Shown here piece after piece: positions 24,674-39,326 of a stretch of 48,697 nt of DNA (positions within the stretch are counted from its first letter, which is position 1; each line of letters begins with the position of its first letter). Position numbers and translations under genes: made by a program. Under the pieces are notes generated by a model. It saw only the letters and a list, made by a program, of their open reading frames with translations. It was not told the DNA's origin and did no database searches. This stretch comes from an uncultured Bacteroides sp. Its GTDB lineage: Bacteria; Bacteroidota; Bacteroidia; Bacteroidales; Muribaculaceae. The stretch is from positions 1 to 48,697 of the forward strand of contig CAYUFQ010000001.1 of NCBI GenBank assembly GCA_964444045.1, written 5' to 3'.

Positions 24674-25993
24674 ATGCTGTACAGAAAAATAGAATCGTCT
24701 ATACGCGAATACCTGCAAGGCCCACGAAACAGGGTGCTTGTAGTGCAGGGCGCGCGTCAGATTGGCAAGTCGTATATAATACGTCATGTTGCGTCGCAGC
24801 TTTTCCCTAACTATATAGAACTGAACCTCGTTGAGGATAAGGAGGGTAATCGTCAGTTTGCCGGAGTTCACACGGTTGAAGATTTTTATCTGAGGCTGAG
24901 TTTGGTCGCCGGTGATAAAATGACCGGAGATCGTGAGAATACTGTTGTGTTTCTCGATGAAATTCAGGAGTATCCGCAGCTGCTTACTCTGTTGAAGTTT
25001 CTGAACGCCGACGGCCGGTTTACGTATGTGGCTTCGGGTTCGCTGCTTGGTATCGTGTTGCGCTCCACCACCTCCATCCCGGTTGGGAGTTTGCGCATAA
25101 TGGATATGTATCCGCTTGATTTCGCTGAATTTATGCGGGCTAATTCTGTGGGGGAGTTCGCTATTGACGTTTTGCGCGATAAGTTCCGTCGGGGTGAGAC
25201 TCTTGACGAGGCGATGCACGCCCGTTTGCTTTCGCTTTGGAAAAAATATCTGCTTGTGGGTGGTCTGCCTGACGCTGTCAATGCATATGTCGAAACGAAC
25301 AATATCGTTGAGGTGCGTAACATTCAGCATGATATAATAAGGCTTTACGCAGCCGATGCTTCAAAGTATGATGAAGAGCACAGGCTGGTGATAAAGCGGG
25401 TCTACGACCTCATTCCTTCCAACATGGAAAACAAACTGAAAAGGGTGGTTTTGCGCGATATCGAGAACAAGGTGGGCGTGCGTTATGCCAGCTATATGGA
25501 GGAATTTGAATATCTGATATCATCCGGTATCGCTTTAGAGGTCATGGCCGTAAGCAATCCAAAGTATCCCCTGTCGGAAAGCATGACAAAGAATCTGCTC
25601 AAACTCTATCTTAACGATCCGGGACTGCTGAGCGCAATACTTTATGGCCGCGATGCGCAGGCGGTTCTTGATGACAAGCTGTCGGTAAATCTTGGTTCGC
25701 TTTATGAGAGCGGTGTGGCGGCGCAGCTCAAGGCTTTAGGATATAGGCTGTTCTATTACGACAATAAGAAAAAAGGAGAAGTTGATTTTTTGATAAACGA
25801 CCGGGAGCGTCAGTCAATCCTGCCGTTGGAAATCAAGTCGGGAAAAGACTATAAAGTGCATAGCGCCATAGACAATTTTGTCAATACGCCCGATTATGGC
25901 ATAGAGCGGGCCATTGTGTTTTCCAACAATCGCGAAATCAATCGGATAGGTAAAGTTATTCATTGTCCGATTTATTTCACTCCGTTCCTGTAG
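24674..25993 (+). CDS. AAA+ ATPase with a DUF4143-type C-terminal domain
   Basis: P-loop VVQGARQIGKSY, Walker B VVFLDEIQ, and overall resemblance to the AAA_14/DUF4143 family. GC is visibly lower than in the neighbours. Confidence 0.75.
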   Translation: MLYRKIESSIREYLQGPRNRVLVVQGARQIGKSYIIRHVASQLFPNYIELNLVEDKEGNRQFAGVHTVEDFYLRLSLVAGDKMTGDRENTVVFLDEIQEYPQLLTLLKFLNADGRFTYVASGSLLGIVLRSTTSIPVGSLRIMDMYPLDFAEFMRANSVGEFAIDVLRDKFRRGETLDEAMHARLLSLWKKYLLVGGLPDAVNAYVETNNIVEVRNIQHDIIRLYAADASKYDEEHRLVIKRVYDLIPSNMENKLKRVVLRDIENKVGVRYASYMEEFEYLISSGIALEVMAVSNPKYPLSESMTKNLLKLYLNDPGLLSAILYGRDAQAVLDDKLSVNLGSLYESGVAAQLKALGYRLFYYDNKKKGEVDFLINDRERQSILPLEIKSGKDYKVHSAIDNFVNTPDYGIERAIVFSNNREINRIGKVIHCPIYFTPFL

Positions 25994-26051
25994 CCGTATT
26001 GTTGACGGGCAGGGCAATTTTTGGGGGCGGGGGTGCGTTAGATAGGTAGCT

Positions 26052-31769
<5,718 letters not shown>

Positions 31770-31773
<4 letters not shown>

Positions 31774-33002
31774 GTGAAGAAGAGGTAGGCGGCGAGTATG
31801 CCGGCGATGGAGCCGGTGATGTCGGCCAGCAGGCCGTAGGTCACGGCGTAGCGGGTGCGTCGCACTCCGACCGAGCCGAAGTAGACGGCCAGCACGTAGA
31901 ACAGGGTGTCGGTGCTCCCCTGGATGGCGGCGCTGACGCGTGCCACGAATGAATCGGCGCCATATGTGTTCATCAGGTCAACCATCATGCCCCGGGAGCC
32001 GCTGCCGCTCATGGGCTTCATGATGGCCGTCGGCAGTGCGCCCACCCAATCGGTGTCGAATCCGAGCGAGGCAAAGAGCCGCGTCAGTCCGTCGGTGATG
32101 AAATCCATGGCGCCCGAGGCGCGAAACATGCCTATGGCCACGAGTATGGCCACCAGATAGGGAATAATCTTCACGGCCGTCTGAAAGCCCTCTTTCGCCC
32201 CTTCGATGAAGGTTTCGTAGAGGTTGAACCGCTTGCGCAGACCGCAGACAAGAAACATCACTATCACGCCAAACAGCAGGAAGTTGGCAATGAACGAGCT
32301 GTAGGTCTGCACCTTCTCCGGCGGAAGCGACGAGAAGAACCACACCATCCCTCCTACCAGCGCCGTCAGTCCTCCTATCCAGCCTATCAGCACGGGGTCT
32401 TTGAGCGATATGCGCTGCTTCAGGCACAGGGCTATGATGCCGACGAGGGTAGCCACGAAGGTGGCCACGAGTATGGGCAGGAACACGTCGGTGGGGTTCG
32501 TGGCGCCCGCCTGCGCTCTGTACATGATTATGCTTATCGGAATCAGGCAAAGCCCCGAGGCGTTGAGCACCAGAAACATAATCATGGCGTCGGTGGCGCG
32601 GTCTTTCTCCTTGTTGAGCGTCTGCAGTTCCTGCATTGCCTTGAGCCCGAGGGGAGTGGCGGCGTTGTCGAGCCCGAGCATGTTGGCCGACACGTTCATG
32701 AATATCGAGCCCATGGCCGGATGGTCTTTCGGCACTCCGGGAAACAGACGGCAGAACAGCGGGCTGACCAGACGGCCGAATGCGCGGATAACTCCCGCCC
32801 GCTCGCCTATCTTCATCAGGCCGAGCCAAAGGGCCAGTATGCCTGTTAGGCCGATTGATAGTTCGAAGGCCGTTGCTGCCGACGAGAAAGAGGCCGACAT
32901 GATGTCGGACCACACAGCGAGATTCCCGTCAATGAGCGTCTGACCGACGGCGGCGAGAAATGCCACGAGGAAAAATGCAATCCAGATATAGTTCAGTACC
33001 AT
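31770..33002 (-). CDS. nucleoside-recognition-domain membrane protein (SpmA/SpmB-like fusion)
   Basis: A polytopic membrane protein. Its N-terminus MVLNYIWIAFFLVAF...GLTGILALWLGLMKIGERAGVI is typical of SpmA-like proteins. Confidence 0.7.
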
Positions 33003-33005
33003 GCG

Positions 33006-33584
33006 CTACCGGGTTATGGCGATAAGGGTTTCGGGCCCGAGGTTGAAAATCATGTCGAGGATGCTCAGATGCGGTATGAAGCCGAGCTTGTCGGCGCGCA
33101 CCTGCCAGTAGGGGGCGGGAGTGAACGGCTCGATGGCGGCGGGAATGCTGCCCGCAGGGGCTATCGCCGGCTCGACATTCAGGCCGATGGCCCGGCGGAT
33201 GGCGCGGTCGAACTGCAGGTTGAGCTCTGCCACGGTGGTAAACCGGTAGGGGTCAGAGAGCAACGGCACGAAATCATCGGCATAGAACTCAAAATAGGGG
33301 GTGCGGCCATAAGCGCTCTCAAGGGCATTGACCGCGATTTCCCACCAGCGGCCGTGTAGGCTCACCCTGGTGTCGGCCCATGTGCGTCCGTAGGGCTTTT
33401 CGATAGGCACGGTGATTTCCATCACTCCGCGCACGTCGGCCACCCGCGTGCGATGCGCCTCCTTGCAGCGCTTGTTAAACCGCTCGCCGGCGCAGATGCT
33501 CACCGGCCCCTGATGCAGCGCCATCATGCGGTAATAGGCCGGCTCTGGCGCGAATCTGCACGGCAGAATCAGAGTGTCAGTCAT
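33006..33584 (-). CDS. WbqC-family protein
   Basis: 192 aa. It shows a WbqC-like pattern (PEPAYYRMM...ERFNKRCKEAHRTRV...ITVPIEKP). Confidence 0.6.
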   Translation of the reverse strand: MTDTLILPCRFAPEPAYYRMMALHQGPVSICAGERFNKRCKEAHRTRVADVRGVMEITVPIEKPYGRTWADTRVSLHGRWWEIAVNALESAYGRTPYFEFYADDFVPLLSDPYRFTTVAELNLQFDRAIRRAIGLNVEPAIAPAGSIPAAIEPFTPAPYWQVRADKLGFIPHLSILDMIFNLGPETLIAITR

Positions 33585-34041
33585 CGAGCGAGCGCGAAAA
33601 GCTCACCATGGCCATGGCCGTATGGGCGGCCTCGATGCCTTTGTGGCCGGCAGGGCCTCCGCAGCGGTCGAGCGCCTGCTGCTCGTTAAGCACGGTAAGC
33701 ACGCCGAAAATCACCGGCACGGGGCCGTCGGCGTTGAGTGAGGTGACACCCTGGGTGACGCTCTGACACACGTAGTCGAAGTGGGGTGTATCTCCCTTTA
33801 TTACGCAGCCGAACACTATCACGGCATCGTAGGCCTCGGTGTCGCTGAGCCGCTGGGCAGCATAGGTCAGTTCCACAGCTCCGGGCACTACGAACGTATC
33901 CACGTCGGCTCCGGCCTCCCGGAGGGTCGCTTCCGCCCCTTCGGCAAGACGCGAGGTGATATGCTCGTTCCACTGGGTGCGCACTATGGCAATCGACATG
34001 CCTTCGCCGCTCAGCTTTTCAGGGTTATAGCCGTTTTTCAT
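33577..34041 (-). CDS. ribH: 6,7-dimethyl-8-ribityllumazine synthase
   Basis: IAIVRTQWNEHI, VVPGAVELTYAAQRL, FGCVIKGDTPHFDYV and PVIFGVLT are classic RibH blocks. Confidence 0.9.
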   Translation of the reverse strand: MKNGYNPEKLSGEGMSIAIVRTQWNEHITSRLAEGAEATLREAGADVDTFVVPGAVELTYAAQRLSDTEAYDAVIVFGCVIKGDTPHFDYVCQSVTQGVTSLNADGPVPVIFGVLTVLNEQQALDRCGGPAGHKGIEAAHTAMAMVSFSRSLDD

Positions 34042-34045
34042 AATC

Positions 34046-34657
34046 TTAATGGACTTCTCCGCGCAGTTTCTCGCCGAGCGAGCCGCCCTGATGGCGCACT
34101 GCGTATTGCTCGCGCGTAAATCCGGTGCGCAGCATCATGCCTATGATGAGCAGATGGCCTATTACGGTCATGGTGGTTATGGAGGTGGTGGGCGTCAGGC
34201 CGAGCGGGCACACCTCGTCGGGATTGCCCGTGAATATGCCTATCACATCGGGCATCGCTGCCAGCGGACAGTGCTCTCCGGCGGTAATCACCACGGCGCG
34301 CATCTTCGGGTAGAGCATGCGGGCCAGCTCATAGAGGCGCAGAATCTCGTCGGTGCGTCCGGAGTTGGAGATAAGCAGCAAAACGTCGTTGGGCTGCAGC
34401 ACGCCGAGGTCGCCATGTTGCGCTTCGGCCGGGTTGATGCACACTGCGGGAATGCCTGTCGACGCAAAAGTCGAGGCGATATTCGAAGCTATCTGACCGG
34501 CCTTGCCCATGCCGGAGGCAACTATTTTGCCCCCTTTGTTACACACCTGCTCCTGAATAAGGTCAAGTGCCGCAGAGTATTGCGGAGTGACGGGTACGGC
34601 CGATACTGCGCGCGATTCGGCCTCAAGAATATTGCTTAACGTCCGGATTTCGTCCAT
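34046..34657 (-). CDS. SIS-domain sugar-phosphate isomerase (KpsF/GutQ-like core, no CBS pair)
   Basis: GKIVASGMGKAGQIASNIASTFASTGIPA...AQHGDLG...LISNSGRTDE. I take the ATG at 34657 as the start because a -7 box lies inside the longer track ORF. Confidence 0.7.
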   Translation of the reverse strand: MDEIRTLSNILEAESRAVSAVPVTPQYSAALDLIQEQVCNKGGKIVASGMGKAGQIASNIASTFASTGIPAVCINPAEAQHGDLGVLQPNDVLLLISNSGRTDEILRLYELARMLYPKMRAVVITAGEHCPLAAMPDVIGIFTGNPDEVCPLGLTPTTSITTMTVIGHLLIIGMMLRTGFTREQYAVRHQGGSLGEKLRGEVH

Positions 34658-34689
34658 TGTAAACGTAGTGATGATTGAAATTTCGCCTG

Positions 34690-34697
34690 CAAAGGTA
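34690..34697 (-). promoter_or_regulatory. -7 box TACCTTTG (minus strand) upstream of the SIS gene
   Basis: The plus strand reads caaaggta. The box lies 32 nt upstream of the ATG at 34657. Confidence 0.45.
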
Positions 34698-34725
34698 CGC
34701 ATTTTCCGTGAATTTGGCAATAAGT

Positions 34726-34996
34726 AGAGTGGAAAGTGGATGGTGGAGTAGTGGAGAGAGCGGAAATGGCAATATTTACATAAATTAACATCGCCGGGCC
34801 GTAATCTTGCTCATTTGCCGGCTAATTTCGCAGCCGAGTACAGCAATTGTGCTCCCCGAAACCCCCAATCCGCACGCAAAATGTCAGTTCTGATAATAGT
34901 AATCTGCTTCTTCGCATGGCTCGGTCAAGCCCTTAAAAACGGCGCCAACCTCAAATAACCCATACACTCCACTCTCCACCCTCCACCCTCCACTCT
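34726..34996. repeat. pair of inverted GTGGAG-type heptamer arrays bracketing ~200 bp of non-coding sequence
   Basis: The left arm is agagtggaaagtggatggtggagtagtggagagag (34726-34760). The reverse complement of the right arm (34963-34996) is agagtggagggtggagggtggagagtggagtgta. About 27 of 31 aligned positions match. Confidence 0.75.
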
Positions 34997-35000
34997 CTGG

Positions 35001-35918
35001 TTAGCAGAGGGAGCGGAATGAGGCGGGAACGGGGGTGGTGAAGGCCATGAGGCGGCGGGTGACGGGGTGGACGAAGTTGAGGCTCTGGGCATGGAGCGCC
35101 ATGCGGTGAATGGGCGAGGGGTGTCCGCCGTAGCGTCTGTCGCCGCTGATGGGGCAGCCGAGTTGCTTCATGTGCACGCGAATCTGGTTTTTGCGGCCGG
35201 TGTCGAGTTCGCACTCCACCAGTGAGTAGCCGCCGCGGCTCTGCAGGGTGCGATAGCGGGTAACGGCCGGTTTGCCTCCCTGCGAGTCATCGGCCACGGA
35301 GTAGACCTCATGGCGCGAGTTTTCGAGCAGATAGCTGCTCACGGTGCCCTCTGCGGGCTCGGGAGCTCCCTCGACCACGCAGACGTATTTCCGTTCGAGC
35401 ACCATGTTGTTCCAGTTGTGTTGCAGCGCCTCCTTGGCTTGTATGGTCTTGGCAAAGAGCATCAGTCCGGAGGTGTCGCGGTCGAGCCGGTGCACGATAA
35501 AGAGCTTGTTGCCCGGGTGCTCTTTCTTCAGGTAGTCGCGCAGAATGGAGTAGGCCGTTTCGGTGCCGCGGGCCGAGTCGTCGGCCATCGACAGCAGGCC
35601 GTAGCCTTTGTGGATTACTATGATGGAGTCGTCTTCGTGGACTATGCGCAGGCGGCGGTGATAAAACTCGCGGAATTCGCGCGTGAGGTTCACCTCCACC
35701 TTCTCGCCGGCCTGAAGCGGGCGGGTGGCCTGACTGACTATGTTGCCGCTCACTTTCACCTGACGGTGGGCAAGCATCTGCTTCAGCGCGGTGCGCTTGA
35801 TATGAGGCAGTTTTTCGGCCAGAAACGCCAGGAGCTGCACCTCTTCGGCGGCATCGCCCGCGGCGGGGGCGGTGAACTCCACTATGCGGTCGGTTTTTAT
35901 CGGCGAGTTGAATTTCAT
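35001..35918 (-). CDS. RluA-family pseudouridine synthase with an S4-like N-terminal domain
   Basis: Catalytic motif HRLDRDTSGLMLFAK. The ATG at 35918 overlaps the topA stop (ATGA). The track start at 35987 lies inside topA. Confidence 0.8.
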   Translation of the reverse strand: MKFNSPIKTDRIVEFTAPAAGDAAEEVQLLAFLAEKLPHIKRTALKQMLAHRQVKVSGNIVSQATRPLQAGEKVEVNLTREFREFYHRRLRIVHEDDSIIVIHKGYGLLSMADDSARGTETAYSILRDYLKKEHPGNKLFIVHRLDRDTSGLMLFAKTIQAKEALQHNWNNMVLERKYVCVVEGAPEPAEGTVSSYLLENSRHEVYSVADDSQGGKPAVTRYRTLQSRGGYSLVECELDTGRKNQIRVHMKQLGCPISGDRRYGGHPSPIHRMALHAQSLNFVHPVTRRLMAFTTPVPASFRSLC

Positions 35919-38257
35919 GCTTTCTTGCTTCGTGAGGTTGACTTCCTGGCCGTTTTTGCCGGCTGGGCGGCTATGATTTCGCGACATTCCCCGAGGGTGA
36001 GCGCTGCGGGGTCGGCAATGGTTTTCGGAATTTTGTAGTTATTCTTCTGCCATGCTATGTAGGGACCGAAGCGGCCGTTGAGAATCTGCATGTCGGGTTC
36101 TTCGTCGAAGCTCTTGACCAGACGGTTGGCCTCGGCCTGACGCTTGGCTTCGATAAGGGCTATGGCTTCGTCGATGGTGATTTCGGCGGGCGCGGTGCCT
36201 GAGGGGATGGAAACGAACTTGCCGTCGTGCTTCACGTAAGGGCCGAAACGGCCGATGGCCACGGTGACGTCCTTGCCCTCGAATTCGCCTATGGTGCGCG
36301 GGAATTCAAAGAGTTTCAGCGCCTCGTCGAGGGTGATGGTGGCCAGCGACTGCCCTTTGAGCAGCGATGCGAACTGCGGCTTTTCGTCGCTCTCCGATTC
36401 GCCTATCTGCACCAGCGGGCCGAATCGGCCTATCTTCACCGAAACGGGCTTGCCCGTGCCGGGCTGGATGCCGAGCACTCGCTCGCCCACCTTGTGTTCG
36501 AGGCGCACGTTCATGGCTTTGTCTACTTCGGGGTGGAAGCGGTCGTAGAAGTCGCCTATCTCGTTGTGCCACTCCGATTTTCCCTCGGCAATGTCGTCAA
36601 ACTTCTCTTCGACCGACGCCGTGAAGTTATAGTCGAGAATGTCGGGGAAATATTCGGCCAGGAAGTCGTTGACCACGGTGCCGGTGTCGGTTGGCAGCAG
36701 CTTGCCGCGGTCGGCGCCGACCGATTCGGTGCGCTCGGTGCGCGAAATCTTGCCGTCGGCCGGATTGAGCGCCAGGCGTGCGATGGTGTGGACGGTGCCT
36801 TCGCGGTCGCCTTTCTCAACGTATTCGCGCTGCTGGATGGTGGAGATGGTGGGCGCGTAGGTCGACGGGCGGCCGATGCCGAGCTCTTCCATCTTCTTCA
36901 CGAGCGAGGCTTCGGTGTAGCGCGGCGGATGCGCGGTGAAGCGCTCGGTGGCGGTGATTTCGGCCGGGGCTACGGGCTCGCCTTCGGTGAGGTGGGGCAG
37001 AATGCTCTCGCGCTCTGATTCGGCCTCATCGTCGCGGCTTTCGAGATACACTTTCAGGAAGCCGTCGAACTTAATCACCTCGCCCTGGGCCGAGAAGTGT
37101 TCGGGGCGGGTGGATATGCTTATGTCGGCAGTGGTGCGCTCGAGTTCGGCGGCGGCCATCTGCGAGGCTATTGCCCGGCGGCGAATCAGGGCATACAGCC
37201 GCTTTTCGCGGTCGGAGCCCTCGATGGTTTCTTTGTCGAGATATGTGGGGCGGATTGCCTCGTGGGCCTCCTGGGCGCCCTTGGTGCCGGTGTGGTACTG
37301 GCGGGTGCATACGTATTCGGCCCCGAGCTTGTCGGTGATTACCTTGGCAATGGCGTTGAGGGCGAAGTTCGACAGGTTTACCGAGTCGGTTCGCATATAC
37401 GTTATGTGGCCGGCCTCATAGAGGTCTTGGGCAATGCGCATGGTCTGCGACACCGAGTAGCCCAGCTTGCGGGCTGCCTCCTGCTGCAGGGTGGAGGTGG
37501 TGAATGGGGGTGCGGGATTCTTTTTCAGCGGCTTCGTTTCGATGCGGCTCACGGCAAACGTGGCTCCGCTGCAGGCCTCGAGCAGCTCGCGGGCGGCCTG
37601 TTCAGTGGCCGGGCGCCGGCTCAGGCTTGCCGCGAAGCGCGAGCCGTCGGCAGTGGCAAACTTGCCGTCGACGCGAAAGTATTGCTCTGATTTGAATGCC
37701 TTTATCTCGTTCTCGCGGTCAACTATCAGCCTCACGGCAACGCTTTGCACGCGGCCGGCGCTCAGGGCTGGCTTGATTTTTTTCCACAGCACCGGGCTCA
37801 GCTCAAAGCCCACTATGCGGTCGAGCACGCGGCGTGCCTGCTGGGCGTTGACGCGGTCGATGTCGATGCCCCGCGGGTTGGCTATGGCGTTGAGGATAGC
37901 CTCCTTGGTGATTTCGTGAAACACTATGCGGCGGGTCTTTTCGGGTTTGAGGCCGAGCACTTCGTAGAGGTGCCAGGCGATGGCTTCGCCTTCGCGGTCT
38001 TCATCGGACGCGAGCCATACCATCGATGCCTTTTTGGCGGCGGCTTTGAGTTCGCGCACCTGCTCTTTCTTCTCGTCGGGAATTTCGTAGTTGGGCGTGA
38101 AGTCGCGCATGCCGTCGGTGGTCTTCTCGATGAAGCTCTTTTTGGCGAGGTCGCGTATGTGTCCGCGGCTCGACATCACCGTGTAGTCGGGACCGAGAAA
38201 CTTTTCAATGGTCTTGGCCTTGGCCGGAGACTCAACTATTACCAGATTCTGAGCCAT
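35915..38257 (-). CDS. topA: DNA topoisomerase I
   Basis: The ATG at 38257 gives MAQNLVIVESPAKAKTIEKFLG (Toprim). ITYMRTDS is the active-site Tyr region. The C-terminus has repeated topo-I C-terminal-type modules (GRFGPY..., three times). Confidence 0.9.
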   Translation of the reverse strand: MAQNLVIVESPAKAKTIEKFLGPDYTVMSSRGHIRDLAKKSFIEKTTDGMRDFTPNYEIPDEKKEQVRELKAAAKKASMVWLASDEDREGEAIAWHLYEVLGLKPEKTRRIVFHEITKEAILNAIANPRGIDIDRVNAQQARRVLDRIVGFELSPVLWKKIKPALSAGRVQSVAVRLIVDRENEIKAFKSEQYFRVDGKFATADGSRFAASLSRRPATEQAARELLEACSGATFAVSRIETKPLKKNPAPPFTTSTLQQEAARKLGYSVSQTMRIAQDLYEAGHITYMRTDSVNLSNFALNAIAKVITDKLGAEYVCTRQYHTGTKGAQEAHEAIRPTYLDKETIEGSDREKRLYALIRRRAIASQMAAAELERTTADISISTRPEHFSAQGEVIKFDGFLKVYLESRDDEAESERESILPHLTEGEPVAPAEITATERFTAHPPRYTEASLVKKMEELGIGRPSTYAPTISTIQQREYVEKGDREGTVHTIARLALNPADGKISRTERTESVGADRGKLLPTDTGTVVNDFLAEYFPDILDYNFTASVEEKFDDIAEGKSEWHNEIGDFYDRFHPEVDKAMNVRLEHKVGERVLGIQPGTGKPVSVKIGRFGPLVQIGESESDEKPQFASLLKGQSLATITLDEALKLFEFPRTIGEFEGKDVTVAIGRFGPYVKHDGKFVSIPSGTAPAEITIDEAIALIEAKRQAEANRLVKSFDEEPDMQILNGRFGPYIAWQKNNYKIPKTIADPAALTLGECREIIAAQPAKTARKSTSRSKKA

Positions 38258-38310
38258 TGTGTTCTTCTGTTGAGATTTTTGTGTGTATGTGGAGTTTTGA
38301 ATGCCTCGGC

Positions 38311-39267
38311 TTAGAGCTCGAGGGCCACGTTGTCGACCCACAGCTCCATGCCCAGCTGCCCTTCGAAAGCAACTCCGCTGCCGGCCGAAAACATCATTAT
38401 CATGTGGGTGGGCGTGGCGTCGGCGTTATCCCAGCCCTCTTCGTGCACCGGCACCATCTTGCCCTTCGAGTTGCGGGCATAGTAGGCGCGGTCGCCGTCG
38501 AGCAGTTGCATATAGGGTTTATAGTATGAGGTTTTGGTTATGTCGCCGTAGTGAATGGGCATCTTGTAGGCTTCCTTCCAGTCGCTGTTGCCGGTGAAGC
38601 GCTGGCGGGCGGTGCCCACGCGCTTGGCGTGGATATTGCCCTTCTCATCTTCCCAGCGGCGCTGAAGGTAGATGAACACGTCGGCGCTGTCGTCGCCCTT
38701 GTGGGTGCTCCTGGAGCCGGTGGTGGCGCGGGTTATGATGCCCGTGCCCGGATCGATGACCTTATAGTCAAACACCAGTGCCTGCGGGCGCAGGGTGTAG
38801 GGGATGCCCATCTCCATCTTGCTGTAGGGCGACGAGGTGTTGGCTATCGGTTCGTTCATCTTGCCCAGGAAAATCGAGCCGCTGACGAGCACTTCGATGT
38901 TGACTATGCCGATGGCCTTGCAGCTTTCGAGGCAGGTGGTGAGGCGGGCACACTTGCCGTGGCCTTTGTGTTCGGCCGGAAACACGGCGTTGGAGGTCTT
39001 GACTATGCCGGCCACTTTGGCATAGACGTTCGACGAACCCCACGGCGAACCGCCCTGCGGCTCGTATGCCTTGGCGCCGTCGATGGTCGATGTCGGTCCG
39101 ATTTCATATATCGTCTTTTCTTTACCTCCTATGAGTTTCGACTCCTTGATATTGCGGGTGACCCATTGGTCCATATTGCCGTACTTCAGCGGCGTCACTT
39201 TGGCCTGGGCCGCCAGCGAGGTTGCCAGCGAGGCCGATGCAATCAGCAGTGTTGCTATTTTGTTCAT
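38311..39267 (-). CDS. secreted PCMD-like (putative carbohydrate metabolism domain) protein
   Basis: Signal peptide MNKIATLLIASASLATSLAAQA. The N-terminal YGNMDQWVTRNIKESKLIGG block recalls the PCMD family; this assignment is from memory. Confidence 0.5.
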   Translation of the reverse strand: MNKIATLLIASASLATSLAAQAKVTPLKYGNMDQWVTRNIKESKLIGGKEKTIYEIGPTSTIDGAKAYEPQGGSPWGSSNVYAKVAGIVKTSNAVFPAEHKGHGKCARLTTCLESCKAIGIVNIEVLVSGSIFLGKMNEPIANTSSPYSKMEMGIPYTLRPQALVFDYKVIDPGTGIITRATTGSRSTHKGDDSADVFIYLQRRWEDEKGNIHAKRVGTARQRFTGNSDWKEAYKMPIHYGDITKTSYYKPYMQLLDGDRAYYARNSKGKMVPVHEEGWDNADATPTHMIMMFSAGSGVAFEGQLGMELWVDNVALEL

Positions 39268-39326
39268 ATCAGTCAGATAGTCTTTTGGTTGCGGTTAGTG
39301 TGGGAGGGTGCTGTGCGGTGGGCGTG

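Noticed and set aside
34726-34996. An invertible (phase-variable) promoter flanked by inverted repeats, or a small stable RNA such as SRP RNA, inside the bracketed 200 bp.
   Set aside because: I found no TAnnTTTG box inside the bracketed segment on either strand. The arms are heptamer arrays rather than recombinase-type IRs. The gaagaagcag stretch does not fit the SRP domain IV consensus. I kept it only as an unexplained repeat structure.
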